Assembly: GCA_030141605.1 (NCBI GenBank)
Contig: JAQGDQ010000114.1
Span: 434,001-498,000 of the forward strand
DNA length: 64,000 nt
Origin: Tubiluchus corallicola
Lineage: Eukaryota; Animalia; Priapulida
Reading direction: 5' to 3'
Positions 52,389 to 64,000 of the stretch are shown here, piece by piece. The translations under genes and the position numbers were made by a program. Each line of letters opens with the position of its first letter. Position 1 is the first letter of the stretch. The notes under the pieces are model-generated. The model had not been told where the DNA came from, searched no databases, and saw only the letters and a program-made list of their open reading frames with translations.

Positions 52389-53270
52389 GTAGAAGACCAT
52401 CCAGGTGAGAATCTTGAGCCTTATTTCGAGCAGTGCAACAATCAGATAGAATACGATCGATGCAGTAATGGTAAAACACTAGTCCACTGCCTGGCTGGGA
52501 TCAGCAGATCTGTTTCATTAGTCATCGCCTATCTAATGAAACACGATGGTATGACCTTGGAAGACGCTTACAACTTCGTCAAGATGCGACGCCCCTGCGT
52601 GGGTCCAAACATTGGCTTCTGGCAGCAGTTGATTGACTACGAGAAGAAGCTGTTCGGAAAAAACACAATAAGATCAGTGGCTGGAAAAATTCAAACAGTC
52701 AAGGAAGCCGAGACAAAGAAGCCAAAGAACTACCTGTATTCCAAGTCTGACTGGCCAAAGTACACCAGTGATTATCCGCTGGGTAAGAGCGGATATCACT
52801 TTTCTGTGGATTCCACATACGGTAATATCGTCGCAAAAGACAAGGATCACCTGTATGCGTCAAAAAGGCGACCTGTACTCGGATATGGCAAGTATGACGT
52901 CATCTACTTAAATTCGAAAAAGTACGATGATCCATTATTTGTTAAAAGAAGTCCATATCTCAGCACTGTGGAGCTGGATGATCTAGATTACGACGACAAT
53001 TATCGAATGTACTTGAGAAGAAGCCCATTAAGCTACTACTCCCCCGCTTATGAAAAGAAGTCGTCGTTGCTTACTTACAGTGCCTACAACGATCCATTTC
53101 ATCTGAAAACCTATCCTTATATAACGTCCCGTGAAATATACAGTGACCCACTGTACAAGCGTCACGACCCAATTTTGCATAGTTCGAGTAGTTATTATAG
53201 AAATGAACCTGCTCTTGGTTCTTATTACTCCAGATACCCTTCGTACAGATATGGTTCTTATCATTATTAG
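52389..53270 (+). CDS. Atypical dual-specificity phosphatase, exon 2 (catalytic motif plus Tyr-rich tail)
   Basis: cacttacag|VEDHP (general-acid Asp), VHCLAGISRS (HCX5R), AYLM, RRPCVGPNIGFWQQLIDYEK; TAG at 53268-53270; total ~354 aa; no rhodanese/CH2 domain seen. Confidence 0.93.
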   Translation, partial: VEDHPGENLEPYFEQCNNQIEYDRCSNGKTLVHCLAGISRSVSLVIAYLMKHDGMTLEDAYNFVKMRRPCVGPNIGFWQQLIDYEKKLFGKNTIRSVAGKIQTVKEAETKKPKNYLYSKSDWPKYTSDYPLGKSGYHFSVDSTYGNIVAKDKDHLYASKRRPVLGYGKYDVIYLNSKKYDDPLFVKRSPYLSTVELDDLDYDDNYRMYLRRSPLSYYSPAYEKKSSLLTYSAYNDPFHLKTYPYITSREIYSDPLYKRHDPILHSSSSYYRNEPALGSYYSRYPSYRYGSYHY

Positions 53271-54599
53271 ACATTAAAGATAGACTGTTTAATAATACTT
53301 AGAATTATTATAAAACAATAATTATCTTTACTTGTAATTTAGCAAAAATGAATATGCTAAATGTTTTATTTGCTTTGTAAAACAGCGCTTGCTAATAGAT
53401 AAACAGATAAATAGACTGCTCACCTAAGCAACGTGGAAGTTGAATAATCTATGCAGAGATTGGCTGCATGCAACTCGTTTTTGATGCTCTCAAAGAGCTA
53501 TTGAACGACGATGAAGAAAAAGTTGCAAACTGTTTACCGATGCGCTAATTTTTCGTAGCAGACATTATTAATCAATTTTTCGTATTTTGCATAGAAGAGT
53601 CAGGCATCAAGCTGAAGCATAAAATATGCTATATAATGTCACTGAAGAAGTCTTGCACCACTGACACCACTATTGACATGTACGTAGTGCCTTTCAGCAA
53701 GATAGTGCATTGATTTAATGAATATTTTGCTCTCTTGTTACTGTTGTGCAGTACAATTGCTTACTTGTGTATTAGTTTTATTGTTTTGACAGAATTGTGT
53801 TAAATTTGAATTTTTGTGAATCTTACAGTTAACTTTTATATGAATGTGTAACAAATTTCTATGACTGCCTAATGTACTGAGCAAAAGAAAATAATGGTAT
53901 TTTTTTACACATGATATGATATATTTATTTTGAATGCTGCCTCACACCCCACATCAAGAGACTATAAAGTTGGAGGCCTGTGTTCATTCAAGAAATTATT
54001 TGTTACTGTTGTTGTTATTGTTGTTGTTGTTAGTTATTGTATGTCAACCTTTCTGTATAAACGCTGTATTATTATTAACTAAATAAGTAATCATAACAAC
54101 AAGTTATACAGGTATTATTATGTAAGAATATGCATTTTTTGCTTGTTATTGGTAATCAGAGTTTTACTTTTGAATTTGCGCTTTAGACAAAAGACTATTT
54201 TTCCCTGTGGGAAACTACAGAAGAAAACTTGTGATCCGTGTAATGACTTCATAATAAAAACGGTGAACTTTATATGGAAGAAGGACAAGAATATACAGAT
54301 TATTTTTTTGTGATGTCGCCCAAGATGATACGTGTCGGCACCAAGTAGTTCGAAATAAAAAATTCATAACCTATTGAGCATAACCTAGCCAAAACTAACA
54401 TGGATGCCATACTCATCAGCTAGTAAACAAGAAGATACTCCTACACTGCATTATGATTCAGAGTCAGCAAATTAACTGCCAATTAATTAGTAAAAATAAG
54501 CTTACGATTTTTGGAGAGAGGAAGTTTTTTGAAGGCAAAGCCACAATTGGAAGGTCGGCTGTTAAGTTGTAGGCTGACTTTGGAATGCTTCTGTTAGCA

Positions 54600-54930
54600 T
54601 TCTTGTTCGTTTAGTGGGGTTGATTGGTTGGTTTGTTGGATGGCTAGCTGGCTGGCATGCAGACAGGCAAGAGGGTTGGTTTTGGGATTTTCGGTTGGCT
54701 GGCTGGCGGACTGTCTAGCTAACTGTTGTTTTTTGTATGTTTGGTATGGTTGGTTGGTTGAATGGTCGGTTGATCGATTGATTTGATAATTTTGATTTGA
54801 TTGGTTTGTTAATTGTAGCGTGATTGGTCGGTTGGTCATTGGTTACTCGTTCGATCGGCTGGTTGCTTGTTTATTAGTGATTAGTGGCTGGATTGTCAAT
54901 TGGCTTGTTGCTTGGGTAATCGTTTGGTTT
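54600..54930. repeat. Degenerate (TTGG/CTGG/TTGA)n tetranucleotide repeat
   Basis: Visible 4-nt periodicity (ggttggtt, gctggctg, gattgatt). Confidence 0.8.
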
Positions 54931-56003
54931 CTTTGCTTCAGCGTTTGTTACACCGACTGTTACTGAGTCTCTTGCACGATTGCCCAATTCCGTACATTAT
55001 ATTTGGTTCGGGTTCCACGCTGTGTTTAATTACGTTGAGGCAGCAGTTTAGATAAAAACGACGGTCAGATAACAGGGCAAAAACATACAGTAACAAACTG
55101 AAAACTAAAACTGTTCAGCATGTAGTTGTCATTTGACGTATTACTATGGCAGTAACAATAAATAATGTTAGACTACTAATTAAGGCCTGCGAAAAGCTGA
55201 ATCGTTAGGCATTCTGTCAGGTGTTACTTGTACTATTAGTGTTTAAGAATTAGTACGTTTTGTTCAGCAAGAAGCCAGTTCAAACTTATAATTAATGATT
55301 CTACCCAATTTCTGTTGTGACGCTTCACAGTACTAGTAGATTTCTCACCTTTGTTGGATGCACTTCTTAGCAACTGGTAATTAGGGTAATTTCTTTAATT
55401 AATTAATCAGCCTTGTAAAGCTCATGTTCGGGTACATGAAATATTGATAGTTAAGCATCAAAGATCGAGGTGGCTTCACACAAACTTTCGTTCATCACAC
55501 TTCGCCGGCAGTTAATGACTAAGGTAGAACTTTGTGTTTGTTGTGCCAAAACACGCAACTCAGCGTGAGTGTGAGGTGCCATGTTCAAACCGATGTGAGA
55601 ATAAACAGATAAGGTGGGTATATTTTTGATACAATTTTCCATTGTTGCACTGTTGTCAACACTGCTGAATGTTCATTATTTGTATTTACGTAAATAAACT
55701 ACTTTCTATTCTACAGTGCTTGAAAAAACGTAGCAGTCTATATTCCGAATTTTCCTGTATGTTTACAAAAATAAATATCAAATGATTTACAACAAACAAC
55801 CTAACACCAATCTTTTGTACATACGTACATTTTTCTAGTTATATCTTTTCTTCAAATGATAATATTAGAACTCAGAAAGCTATAACAACAACTGCGCCCG
55901 CGAATAATAGTTTTAAATTTTGACTTTAAGTTTTAATTGTTATTTATTATTATTTTTAACTGGGATAATTTTTTGCTCTTTCAGTGCTTAGCAATTTTCA
56001 AAG

Positions 56004-56084
56004 ATGCCTTTTGCGGAGACACGTTTAGAATTATTGCAGCTTAATAAGCTGATGCAGCTGCTAAGATCAAGTAATCGTGACCAG
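56004..56084 (+). CDS. ANKEF1: Ankyrin repeat and EF-hand domain-containing protein 1-like, exon 1 of 11 (CDS 56004-62418, ~748 aa)
   Basis: MPFAETRLELLQLNKLMQLLRSSNRDQ resembles the ANKEF1 N-terminus as recalled (RLENLQIYKVLQ); donor CAG|GTACGA. Confidence 0.82.
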
Positions 56085-56173
56085 GTACGACTTCAAATGT
56101 TATTTCTCAAATGTTTTAAAATTTGTACACAAGCTACAAATAATTACGTGTATCCGCATGTTTGCCATTTTAG

Positions 56174-56286
56174 ATACCGATATTTTTGAGAAGTGCTCTG
56201 AAAAACATCTTAAACTGCGGGATGCCAGAGAGTGGAGAAACGCCTCTACTGTGGGCCGTTGCAAACAGGAATGAAGAATTAGTAAG
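56174..56286 (+). CDS. ANKEF1: ANKEF1-like exon 2
   Basis: ttttag|IPIFLRSALKNILNCGMPESGETPLLWAVANRNEELV; donor AG|GTCAGC, phase 2. Confidence 0.82.
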
Positions 56287-56560
56287 GTCAGCGAGTTACC
56301 AGCGTTACTAGTTACCACAGTGACTTTTTGTTTACAGAATAACGTCAAAAGATAAATTATATATTCACTACTTAGTAATAAAAAATCTCTACTTTCCGTC
56401 TCACGTAAATGACTACTTTCCATTGCGCGAATTTAACTTTATGTAAGCCTAAATGCCTATGCCACATAACACGCTGATATTGAAATGAGACCTAGCTAAG
56501 AAAATCTTGAGAACATTAGCGACAAGTAATTGTGGCTTCAATCTTGTTCTATTTTTCCAG

Positions 56561-56712
56561 ATTTTTGTTAGAAAAAGGTGCACATCCAGATATTGCTGAC
56601 CTGAAAATGCAAACTCCAGTAATTAGAGCAGTCAAACTTGGTGCAGTTGGCATCCTCAAAATATTAGTAAACGCAGGAGCAGACTTGACTTTGAAAGACA
56701 GTGAGGGCAAAG
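56561..56712 (+). CDS. ANKEF1: ANKEF1-like exon 3 (ends at GC donor)
   Basis: tttttccag|FLLEKGAHPDIADLKMQTPVIRAVKLG...KDSEGK; donor AAG|GCAAGT. Confidence 0.87.
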
Positions 56713-56897
56713 GCAAGTACTAAAAAATTTTAAAATTTTATCTATGACGATTTGAAGCAACTCTGTCAGGATCATGGGTTATCATACGTAGGGGTTAGGT
56801 GCATTTATCATCGCACCATCATCATCTGTGGGAGACACCCTATTACAGAATGTGGCTGCACTTACAGAATAACGTAGAAAAAAACGTTTATTTATAG

Positions 56898-57097
56898 CCG
56901 CCATTTTCTTTTGTCTAACATCGTCTGAGGAGCATGCGACCTGTGCAAGTATTTTGCTGGAATACGGTGCACCAGCGAATAATGTCGACAATTATGGACG
57001 CGTTGCATTTGTCATGTCTTGTGAAGGAGGAGAGGATACGGAGGAGACATGTCTGCTGATGCTGAAAGCTGGAGCAGAGCCCAACCTCTGTGATAAG
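56898..57097 (+). CDS. ANKEF1: ANKEF1-like exon 4
   Basis: tttatag|AIFFCLTSSEEHATCASILLEYGA...CLLMLKAGAEPNLCDK; donor AAG|GTAGGT. Confidence 0.87.
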
Positions 57098-57533
57098 GTA
57101 GGTAAAAAGCAATGAGTTAGAAACACAGCATTGTCATCATGTTATTGAATAATTTTAATTAGCAAGCAATAGCAGCCTGTTATAATTTGCAAAGCAAATC
57201 GGAAGAAAAAATAAATTTTTTATTAATACCTTTGATGCGGAAGTTCTGTAGTCATGGCAGAAAAATAAGTAAAATGAAAAGAGCAATTTAGTTTTCAAAC
57301 TGATTCGTTCTTGAGGGACTCGAGTTTTAATAATGTAACAAGAACAGCCGTTACTGTAGTTAATAGCTGTTGTTTTTGTTCCATATTTTCAAAGCTTTTT
57401 TACTCTTGGTACTACGGTTGATCTTGTTCTGTGTGTTCTTTCAACAACAAAACGAAACTTTCATGCCGTACTTCAAACAAGATACTTGCAAAGCATGGTA
57501 ACTTCACTTAGCGCGAAAGTATTGTGGTTTCAG

Positions 57534-57807
57534 GCAAGTGGAAAATCTCCTCTAATAGCGGCCTGCGCAGAATGCAATGACACAGTTGCGTTAGCTTTAC
57601 TGGAAGCAGGAGCATTAACCGCCACTGCTGATAGGAAAGGGGTTACAGCTGCAATGGCTGCTGCAGAGAATAAGAATCTAGATGCTTTGGTAGCCCTATC
57701 GGCATGGGGAGACAGGTTTTCGGGTGAAAACCCAGAGGGAGACACCGTTTTACATATTGCGGCTAGGCAAGGAGTCGCAAAAATTTGTCGATTTTTAACC
57801 CTACGAG
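57534..57807 (+). CDS. ANKEF1: ANKEF1-like exon 5
   Basis: tttcag|ASGKSPLIAAC...GDTVLHIAARQGVAKICRFLTLR; ankyrin repeats; donor GAG|GTAGGT. Confidence 0.9.
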
Positions 57808-58346
57808 GTAGGTGCGGAGTAATTTTGGGATTACAGGCAATGTTAAGCCTACAGCAACATAAATAAATATATGTTTTACGTAATTTTTGTCATGCTACTA
57901 AACATTTATAAAATAAACTAAATTAATGAGCCCTTTTAGGTTTTCACAAAAAATCGTATGCTGTCCTAGCCTATTCCCCACTTGTTATGATGCCCGTTTG
58001 TCGTTTTCTTATTATTATAAAACTATTTTGTTTCATTTTAAGTACAACAGACGACTGGTCGCTGAAATGTTGACGCGATAATTCTTTTCATTCTTTTCGC
58101 TTGACTTAATGAACATTCATCAGATGCCTAACAAACTAATAAAACTTCTTAATGCATAGCAAATCCTGTATGCTAATTGTACTTATCCAAACTCGTACTT
58201 AGATTAGGAAACCAGAGAACTAAGAAAATATTGGGCAATGGACCAAGACTCCATTGAAGGACACTGATCTCCCTGGCCTAAAAACCGAATGCAGAATTTC
58301 AAATAAAAGTGCTTGGTGTCCAAGTAAGCTTCTGAATGATTTTCAG

Positions 58347-58938
58347 GTTGTGATGCTCGCAGGCGCAATAATGAAGGCCTTACGCCGAAAATGCTGGCAA
58401 AAGATAGCGGCTTTAAAGCTGCTACCAATGAACTAAAGAAAGCTGAAAAGCTACCCGACAGTACTTTAATGCAAGCAGGTTTAGCTGGTGCTAACAGTTT
58501 TACAGAAGCTGACGCTGTACGGTTATACGATTGGACAGTGTGTTATACTGAAAAACTTCTAGAAATGTTCCAGGAACATGACAAGGAAGATAGTGGTAAC
58601 ATTAGCGCAGATATATTCTGGCAGTGCATGAACTCGCTGAAATGTCCAATAAACCCGTTGGGTATCAAGAGAATTCAACAATTACACGATCTTCAAAAAC
58701 AAGACGTCATCAATTACGACGAGTTCATTAAAGGTACAAAGTATATCCCCAAACAATTTCGTCATGGTGCAGTTGAGAAGAAGAAAAAGAAGAAAGTGAA
58801 GAAAACGAAAAAAGTCGCCAGAAGAGCAGTGAAGGCAACGAAGGTTATAATGCCAATATGCATAAACGAGAATATCCCAAAATCCAGCTTGGGCTTTCCT
58901 GAAGACATGGTAATGAGGAATTCTGCTATTATATTTTG
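58347..58938 (+). CDS. ANKEF1: ANKEF1-like exon 6 (EF-hand region and basic tract)
   Basis: AKDSGFKAATNELKKAEK, RLYDW, EF-hand-like DKEDSGNISADIF and INYDEFIKGTKYI, poly-Lys, MPICI; phase-2 donor TTG|GTAAGC matches the next exon. Confidence 0.88.
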
Positions 58939-59121
58939 GTAAGCTTAATCTGTTTTATACCAATAGTAACCTGCCAAACCCCTCAAAAATTATGCATAAA
59001 CTTCCAGCAGCAACTCATCTTACACAACAGTTTCAATCTAAACAATTCACATGGCACTACAGCTGCAACCTATACCACTTTTGCTCTTAAATGTTTCTTA
59101 CAAGTTTTAATTTTTATTTAG

Positions 59122-59364
59122 CGCTAAGTTGGACTCATTGGGAAGCATTTCATTCAATGATACAATGTGGTACGACCCGCAGCCAACAAAATCCTACGTA
59201 CACTTCAGCATTGTAGGAAAAATGGGTGAATTGACGCTGTTAAAAGAAGCAATTGAAAGTGGAGAACTGTCACTCAATGTTCGAGATAAATACTTTCGTA
59301 CACCTCTAATTGTGGCTTGCGCAGATGGCGACTTAAAGCTTGTAGAACTTTTGTTAAATTATGG
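59122..59364 (+). CDS. ANKEF1: ANKEF1-like exon 7
   Basis: tttatttag| ...DTMWY...RDKYFRTPLIVACADGDLKLVELLLNYG; donor GG|GTGAGA. Confidence 0.87.
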
Positions 59365-60028
59365 GTGAGATTTTGTTATAATAAATTACTTGAATTAACC
59401 ATGTCTATTATACTAAAGTTGGTTCGGGACTCGTTACAGCCACTTTACATAAATACAAAAACATGAAAAGAAAATGTGAATTGTTCTTTGTATTTAAGTT
59501 CCTTGTTAGGGTAAAACAGAAAAGGCAAACAGTGAACATTATATTATTTCTGGCAAGACACGCACATTAAAAGTCATACATTCTATGACACATCACGCCA
59601 TACTATTAAATGAGAAGCTATTACATCAGCAATCAACAAATGCTTTTCATATGCAGTGTAATATACTAATAGAATCTAACGGTTTCAAGAACCGTACAAA
59701 ACAATAATTTTTCTGTAGCTGCACTTCGTCACAATTTGTGACACAAAAGTTGTAATTTGAACAGCACTAGCATTATCTAGTGTCTACTGTCTACATGCGA
59801 GTCTACTGTGATGCTCGCTCACGCTATCTAATTTATTTTAAATTGTTGTAGTTGCAGAGCTTTTCGTAGTTATACATAGTCTTCTACAGCGGAGAAATCT
59901 CGCATGCAAAATATATTGTCTGCATCTCATTGTCCAAAGCATATGAAACGTGCCCCTTTACTGATATCATTAGTACTTTGAATAATAACAATTCCTACAG
60001 CTTTAAATTAAATAGTAATTTATTACAG

Positions 60029-60126
60029 GGCTAATTTGCACTTGGGTGATAATTTCTGCTGGAGACCGTTGCATCATGCATGCCATATAGGCCACACAGA
60101 TATAGTCAAACTACTTCTTGACAGAG
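60029..60126 (+). CDS. ANKEF1: ANKEF1-like exon 8
   Basis: ttacag|ANLHLGDNFCWRPLHHACHIGHTDIVKLLLDR; donor GAG|GTAAAT. Confidence 0.9.
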
Positions 60127-60572
60127 GTAAATATAGTTGGTACACATAAATAATTAAAATAATCAGTTACAAATACAATTCATAGCTAGTACCTTAGTAC
60201 GTGAAAAAAATCTAAACCACGATTTACCCTAAGTATGATGGATCGAGCATTCGAGCGGCAAACTCATCATGTGCGACCACATTCATGATGTCATTAATCT
60301 TATCGAGGTTTGCATCAAGGCTTAAACATAGATCAGTTTATGTATTGGTCAGTTTTGTTGCCTGGTATTAGTATGGGCCGAGGGATCATTGGGTAAAGAC
60401 AGTCAAATTAAGGAAAGCGTTGAACAGTCTACAGTGGATTAAAAATTAGAGATGTCATTTGAAAAAAAAACATTCATTCATTTAGATTGAAGAGATTGAC
60501 ATTTAACATTAACAGAAGTTATTATAGTATCTATTTAAAAATCTTTTTTGCTGGTAATATTTTTTGCAATAG

Positions 60573-60701
60573 GTGCTGATATGGACGCACAAACCATGAG
60601 CGGTGCAACGCCATTGATGAAAGCTATTGAAATGTCTCATATTGACATAGTAGCTCTTCTTATATCTATAGGAGCTGACCTCTACGCAGAGTGTAGAAAT
60701 G
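60573..60701 (+). CDS. ANKEF1: ANKEF1-like exon 9
   Basis: gcaatag|ADMDAQTMSGATPLMKAIEMSHIDIVALLISIGADLYAECRN; donor ATG|GTAATA. Confidence 0.88.
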
Positions 60702-61096
60702 GTAATATCGTAATTTTTGTTGTCGCCAAGTCCCGTTGAACTGAATGGCAAAGAATTTCAAAAGTTGAAGCCTAGGTTGTAATATAGCCTGTCGGGGCCG
60801 TCGTTGGGATTCGTCATTCCTGAGCAAGGGATACCATAGCAAAATCCTAAGAAATAAATGCTGTTTATTACATTGGTCGGCTTCTGACATGAATACATTG
60901 ATCAGGGTTGAATCAAAGCATTTTAGTCCACGACATTTATGAAACATTACGTCAATGAACAATTTTTTTATTAAGTGTTCATTAGTTTCAGTCTGTAATC
61001 GAAATCTCAACTTATCTTTATTAAACAATTGATAAAAATTTGAAACAAAACTGGTTTTATTTCCTCAGTTAAGGTCGCCTTTTGTTTCGTGAATAG

Positions 61097-61341
61097 GCAG
61101 CACTGCTATGAAGCTGGCTAAAGAATGGGCACACCCGGACATTATTGCTTGTCTGGAAGCCGCTAAAGAAGCTGCCGAAGCAGTTGCGCCACAGGGAAAG
61201 ACAGGAAAAGAAGAACAAAAGGGTAAATCTAGCAAGAAGCAAACAAAAGTGAATGTTGCTCGGTCTGTACCTGCACATTATAGTGCTCAACAAACACCAA
61301 AAATCATGGAGCAGAGTACGCTAACGGACATAATAGCAAAG
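61097..61341 (+). CDS. ANKEF1: ANKEF1-like exon 10
   Basis: gaatag|STAMKLAKEWAHPDIIACLE...STLTDIIAK; donor AAG|GTATAT (read-through would stop at 61383). Confidence 0.8.
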
Positions 61342-61878
61342 GTATATTATTACCGAGAAAGTCAGAAAGGAGTGAGTGTGTAAAACCCGATACAGAACGA
61401 GTCTGTTTTCTTTGTCAAACAAAACTGGTTGATTCCATTAGAAGTGTTCTCGTGGGATGGCTGAATTTTTGCTCATCAATTCTGAATTTTCGTAGTTTGT
61501 TCACTAGTTCCAGGGTGCAATTAATAATACTGGCTGGGGTGTGCAAAAGCATGCATCCCAATAAACTTAACCAGGTTTCCAGGAAAAAAACCGCAACAGG
61601 TTCGTCTGTGTGAGGCTTATTTAGAGGCTTACTCTTCACGTCCATGAGAGATTAATTAATTCTGGGTTTGCAATAATACCCTACCAGCAGTATTAATGCT
61701 CTTGACATCAAGATTATAACAATTAATTAATTAATTACTCGCGTAAATTCAAGCTCAAAATCAAATAAAAAATTAATCTAATTAGTTATAATCACTGTAG
61801 TGTAAGCTACAATGCAAAAGCTGAAGCTGGTTGGCCAGCTACAAGGGATGAACTTTGGACTGCTTTTTTAATCACTGA

Positions 61879-61954
61879 GAATATGGTGGCCTAGTGCTCT
61901 AAGGCATCTGCCTTGTAAGCAGAAGGTCCCAAGTTCAAATCTAGGTTGTATCCC
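61879..61954 (+). pseudogene. tRNA-like pseudogene or SINE head (anticodon TGT, Thr-like) in the last ANKEF1 intron
   Basis: A box TGGCCTAGT, anticodon arm TCTGC-CTTGTAA-GCAGA, B box GTTCAAATC; mismatched acceptor and T stems. Confidence 0.6.
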
Positions 61955-62298
61955 AAAATTTTTACTTTCCTGACTTTGTTCAGGTTTGGCATCAAAATTT
62001 AATTAATTGTGGATTTCTGCCATCATCGAAACCCTAGTGGTGCTGCTAAATAAAAAAACATCGTTTGATATAGACGTATAATGTGACCAATACCTTTGTA
62101 AGACAAACCAAGAATAGTGAAATAGCTATACTATTTAAAAGCTCGTAAATATTGTCAAAATTTTACAAGTGACGAACACAAAACACTGCGTAGTTTTGAA
62201 AACAATATCACGTTTAACGCTGTGCATAAATCAAGACTTGACACTTGCTTTTCCAAGAGTATCAAATAATCCAACATAATGGCTAAATTTTATTGCAG

Positions 62299-62418
62299 CG
62301 AAAAATGCGCAGGAGAGCACATTTACAGAGAGCAAAATCCAACTGCATCGAACACGTCTCTACTGACTTGGACAACTGGGCGCAAGATATCTCTTTTTCT
62401 TACACTATACATCTATAG
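62299..62418 (+). CDS. ANKEF1: ANKEF1-like probable last exon
   Basis: ttttattgcag|RKMRRRAHLQ...YTIHL-TAG in phase 0; the junction TDIIAK-RKMRR resembles the ELIRKRELRR segment of ANKEF1 as recalled. Confidence 0.68.
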   Translation, partial: RKMRRRAHLQRAKSNCIEHVSTDLDNWAQDISFSYTIHL

Positions 62419-64000
62419 TTTGTAGTTGATTAAAATCATCAGACGGTAGCAAAAACGTCATACTAGTTTTAACGTTCGGCTACCAAAAGAAGTTCCAAGG
62501 CTTCCCTATGGTTGCGAGTCTATACTATCTACACACGCGAATGACAAACGTGCAACCCGACAGCTGCATTATATTTAGATGTTGACAAGGACCGGTGGAA
62601 AGCAGCTCTGAAAATGTTAACGCATCATTAAGATGGACCTGAGTGGTAGTGTTGCGGTTTTTGTTTTTATAGACTTATTAGAATTACCTACAACGTTGGC
62701 CGATTCATTAAACGCACTGAATAGGACCAAATCTTGTTACATATTGTTGTCATTGGTGTGGAAACAATTAAAAAATCAGACTACAGCTGTGTATAGGAAT
62801 GAGTCCATCTGTTTGTGACAGTTTCTTATTTTATACAGTTTAGTACGAAATAACCCGGAATTCAACATTCAGCATCAAGGTAAACATAATGTAGTTTGTA
62901 ATGGAACCGAACAATTCTCTGAGGAAAGACACAGAAGGACACTTTCCCACAACGCGAGAATCTGCCAGTCTTCATTGACGGCAACCCATACATTAACCAC
63001 GATAGCTGGTTAAACCTCACAGCGAAGCACGCATTATAATAAGAGCTAGTTCCCTTGTCCACGTAAATTTAAGGATTAAGCCTGGGCTGTTAGTCCATAG
63101 GTGCAACCATGATTCCTTATTCAAATTCGGGGTTTAAACTATGTCTTGTTTTTTGTACATTTTTTTCCTTTTGGTGTAGTTTTGTTTGAGTAATTTAATA
63201 GCTGATTGACTGAATTTACGTATAAACTGCGACATTCGTCACACATAATAAAATAATGGTACTACAATAAAATTTAATCTCACAATCCATTTTTTTCTGC
63301 AATTAAGTTAGTTAAGAATTTTACTAAAATAATGACATAACTTAATAAAATCGTGTTTCTAATTGATACCGAGACAGTTTAATAAGTTATGAAGTTTATA
63401 TTTAAATGTCTTAGTAGAACACAAAGATAAGACATTTTGCCAATAAATATGTCACTTTATTATAAAATTTATAATAAAGGAGCAAATCACAATTCGTGCA
63501 ACATACACAGGCAGAGACAAGCGCACACTAAAACAGTATACAAAAAAACTTCAATGCAAACAACTATCAGTTCGTAACAAACTTTAAAAACCATAGTTAC
63601 TTTAAAAATTTGACGTTAGCTATTGGTAAAAGTACAAAATTCCTACTAGGGCAGGCGCACAAGTGAATTTAACCACAGTGATTACTCTATAATAATATTC
63701 AGATTGCTAAGGTGAAATCATAACATTTAATCCACCTGCAATTTGAGTGCTCCTTTACTTATAGGTAACTGTAACTTATCTTTACACTGACTTAGGGTTG
63801 GCTAGATAAACAAAAAATTACAAAATCCTTGATGCAATTAAAGCTTTAAAACTGTTGCACATCAGTGTATTAAAGTTACTTGCAGCAAAGTGTAGTAAAG
63901 ATAGAAAGATGATGTATAAATTCGCTCAGTCAAACTATTACTAAATACTTAATTCTAGGAATTTTGCTCCTTTGAGCATCAAAGCACTGTTTTTCCACTC

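Noticed and set aside
58910-58915. GTAATG as the ANKEF1 exon 6 donor
   Set aside because: Phase 0 conflicts with the main acceptor at 59121; the donor at 58939 restores the frame and expected length.
61879-61954. Functional tRNA-Thr gene
   Set aside because: Acceptor and T stems are mismatched and the D loop lacks GG; kept only as a pseudogene/SINE.
62560-63062. Short ORFs after ANKEF1
   Set aside because: No recognisable domain or consistent exon chain; stops in all candidate frames.

Overview
AT-rich, intron-containing animal (invertebrate, protostome-like) genomic DNA, not prokaryotic. It holds three complete + strand protein-coding genes. (1) prospero/Prox: 5 coding exons, 17006-42560, ~861 aa; its 12.2-kb second coding intron is a minor-spliceosome U12 AT-AC intron. 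(2) An atypical dual-specificity phosphatase: 2 exons, 51122-53270, ~354 aa, with a long Tyr-rich tail. (3) An ANKEF1-like ankyrin/EF-hand gene: 11 coding exons, 56004-62418, ~748 aa, with an obligatory GC-AG intron. The rest is introns and intergenic DNA with LINE fragments (Rex1/Babar-like, CR1/L2-group-like), a TIR element, a foldback, tRNA- and 5S-derived remnants and microsatellites. Top candidate novelty: inside the U12 intron of prospero is a frame-preserving 64+14-nt exon pair (39210-39273, 39333-39346) with U2 acceptors that ends in a second U12-like donor (ATATCCCT). This would be an alternative to exon 2, made mutually exclusive by spliceosome incompatibility, and would change the residues just before the homeodomain. 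Second: a dense cluster of DR1 nuclear-receptor-type motifs (TGACCTTTGACCT) in the prospero introns. All gene models were read by eye; no searches were run.
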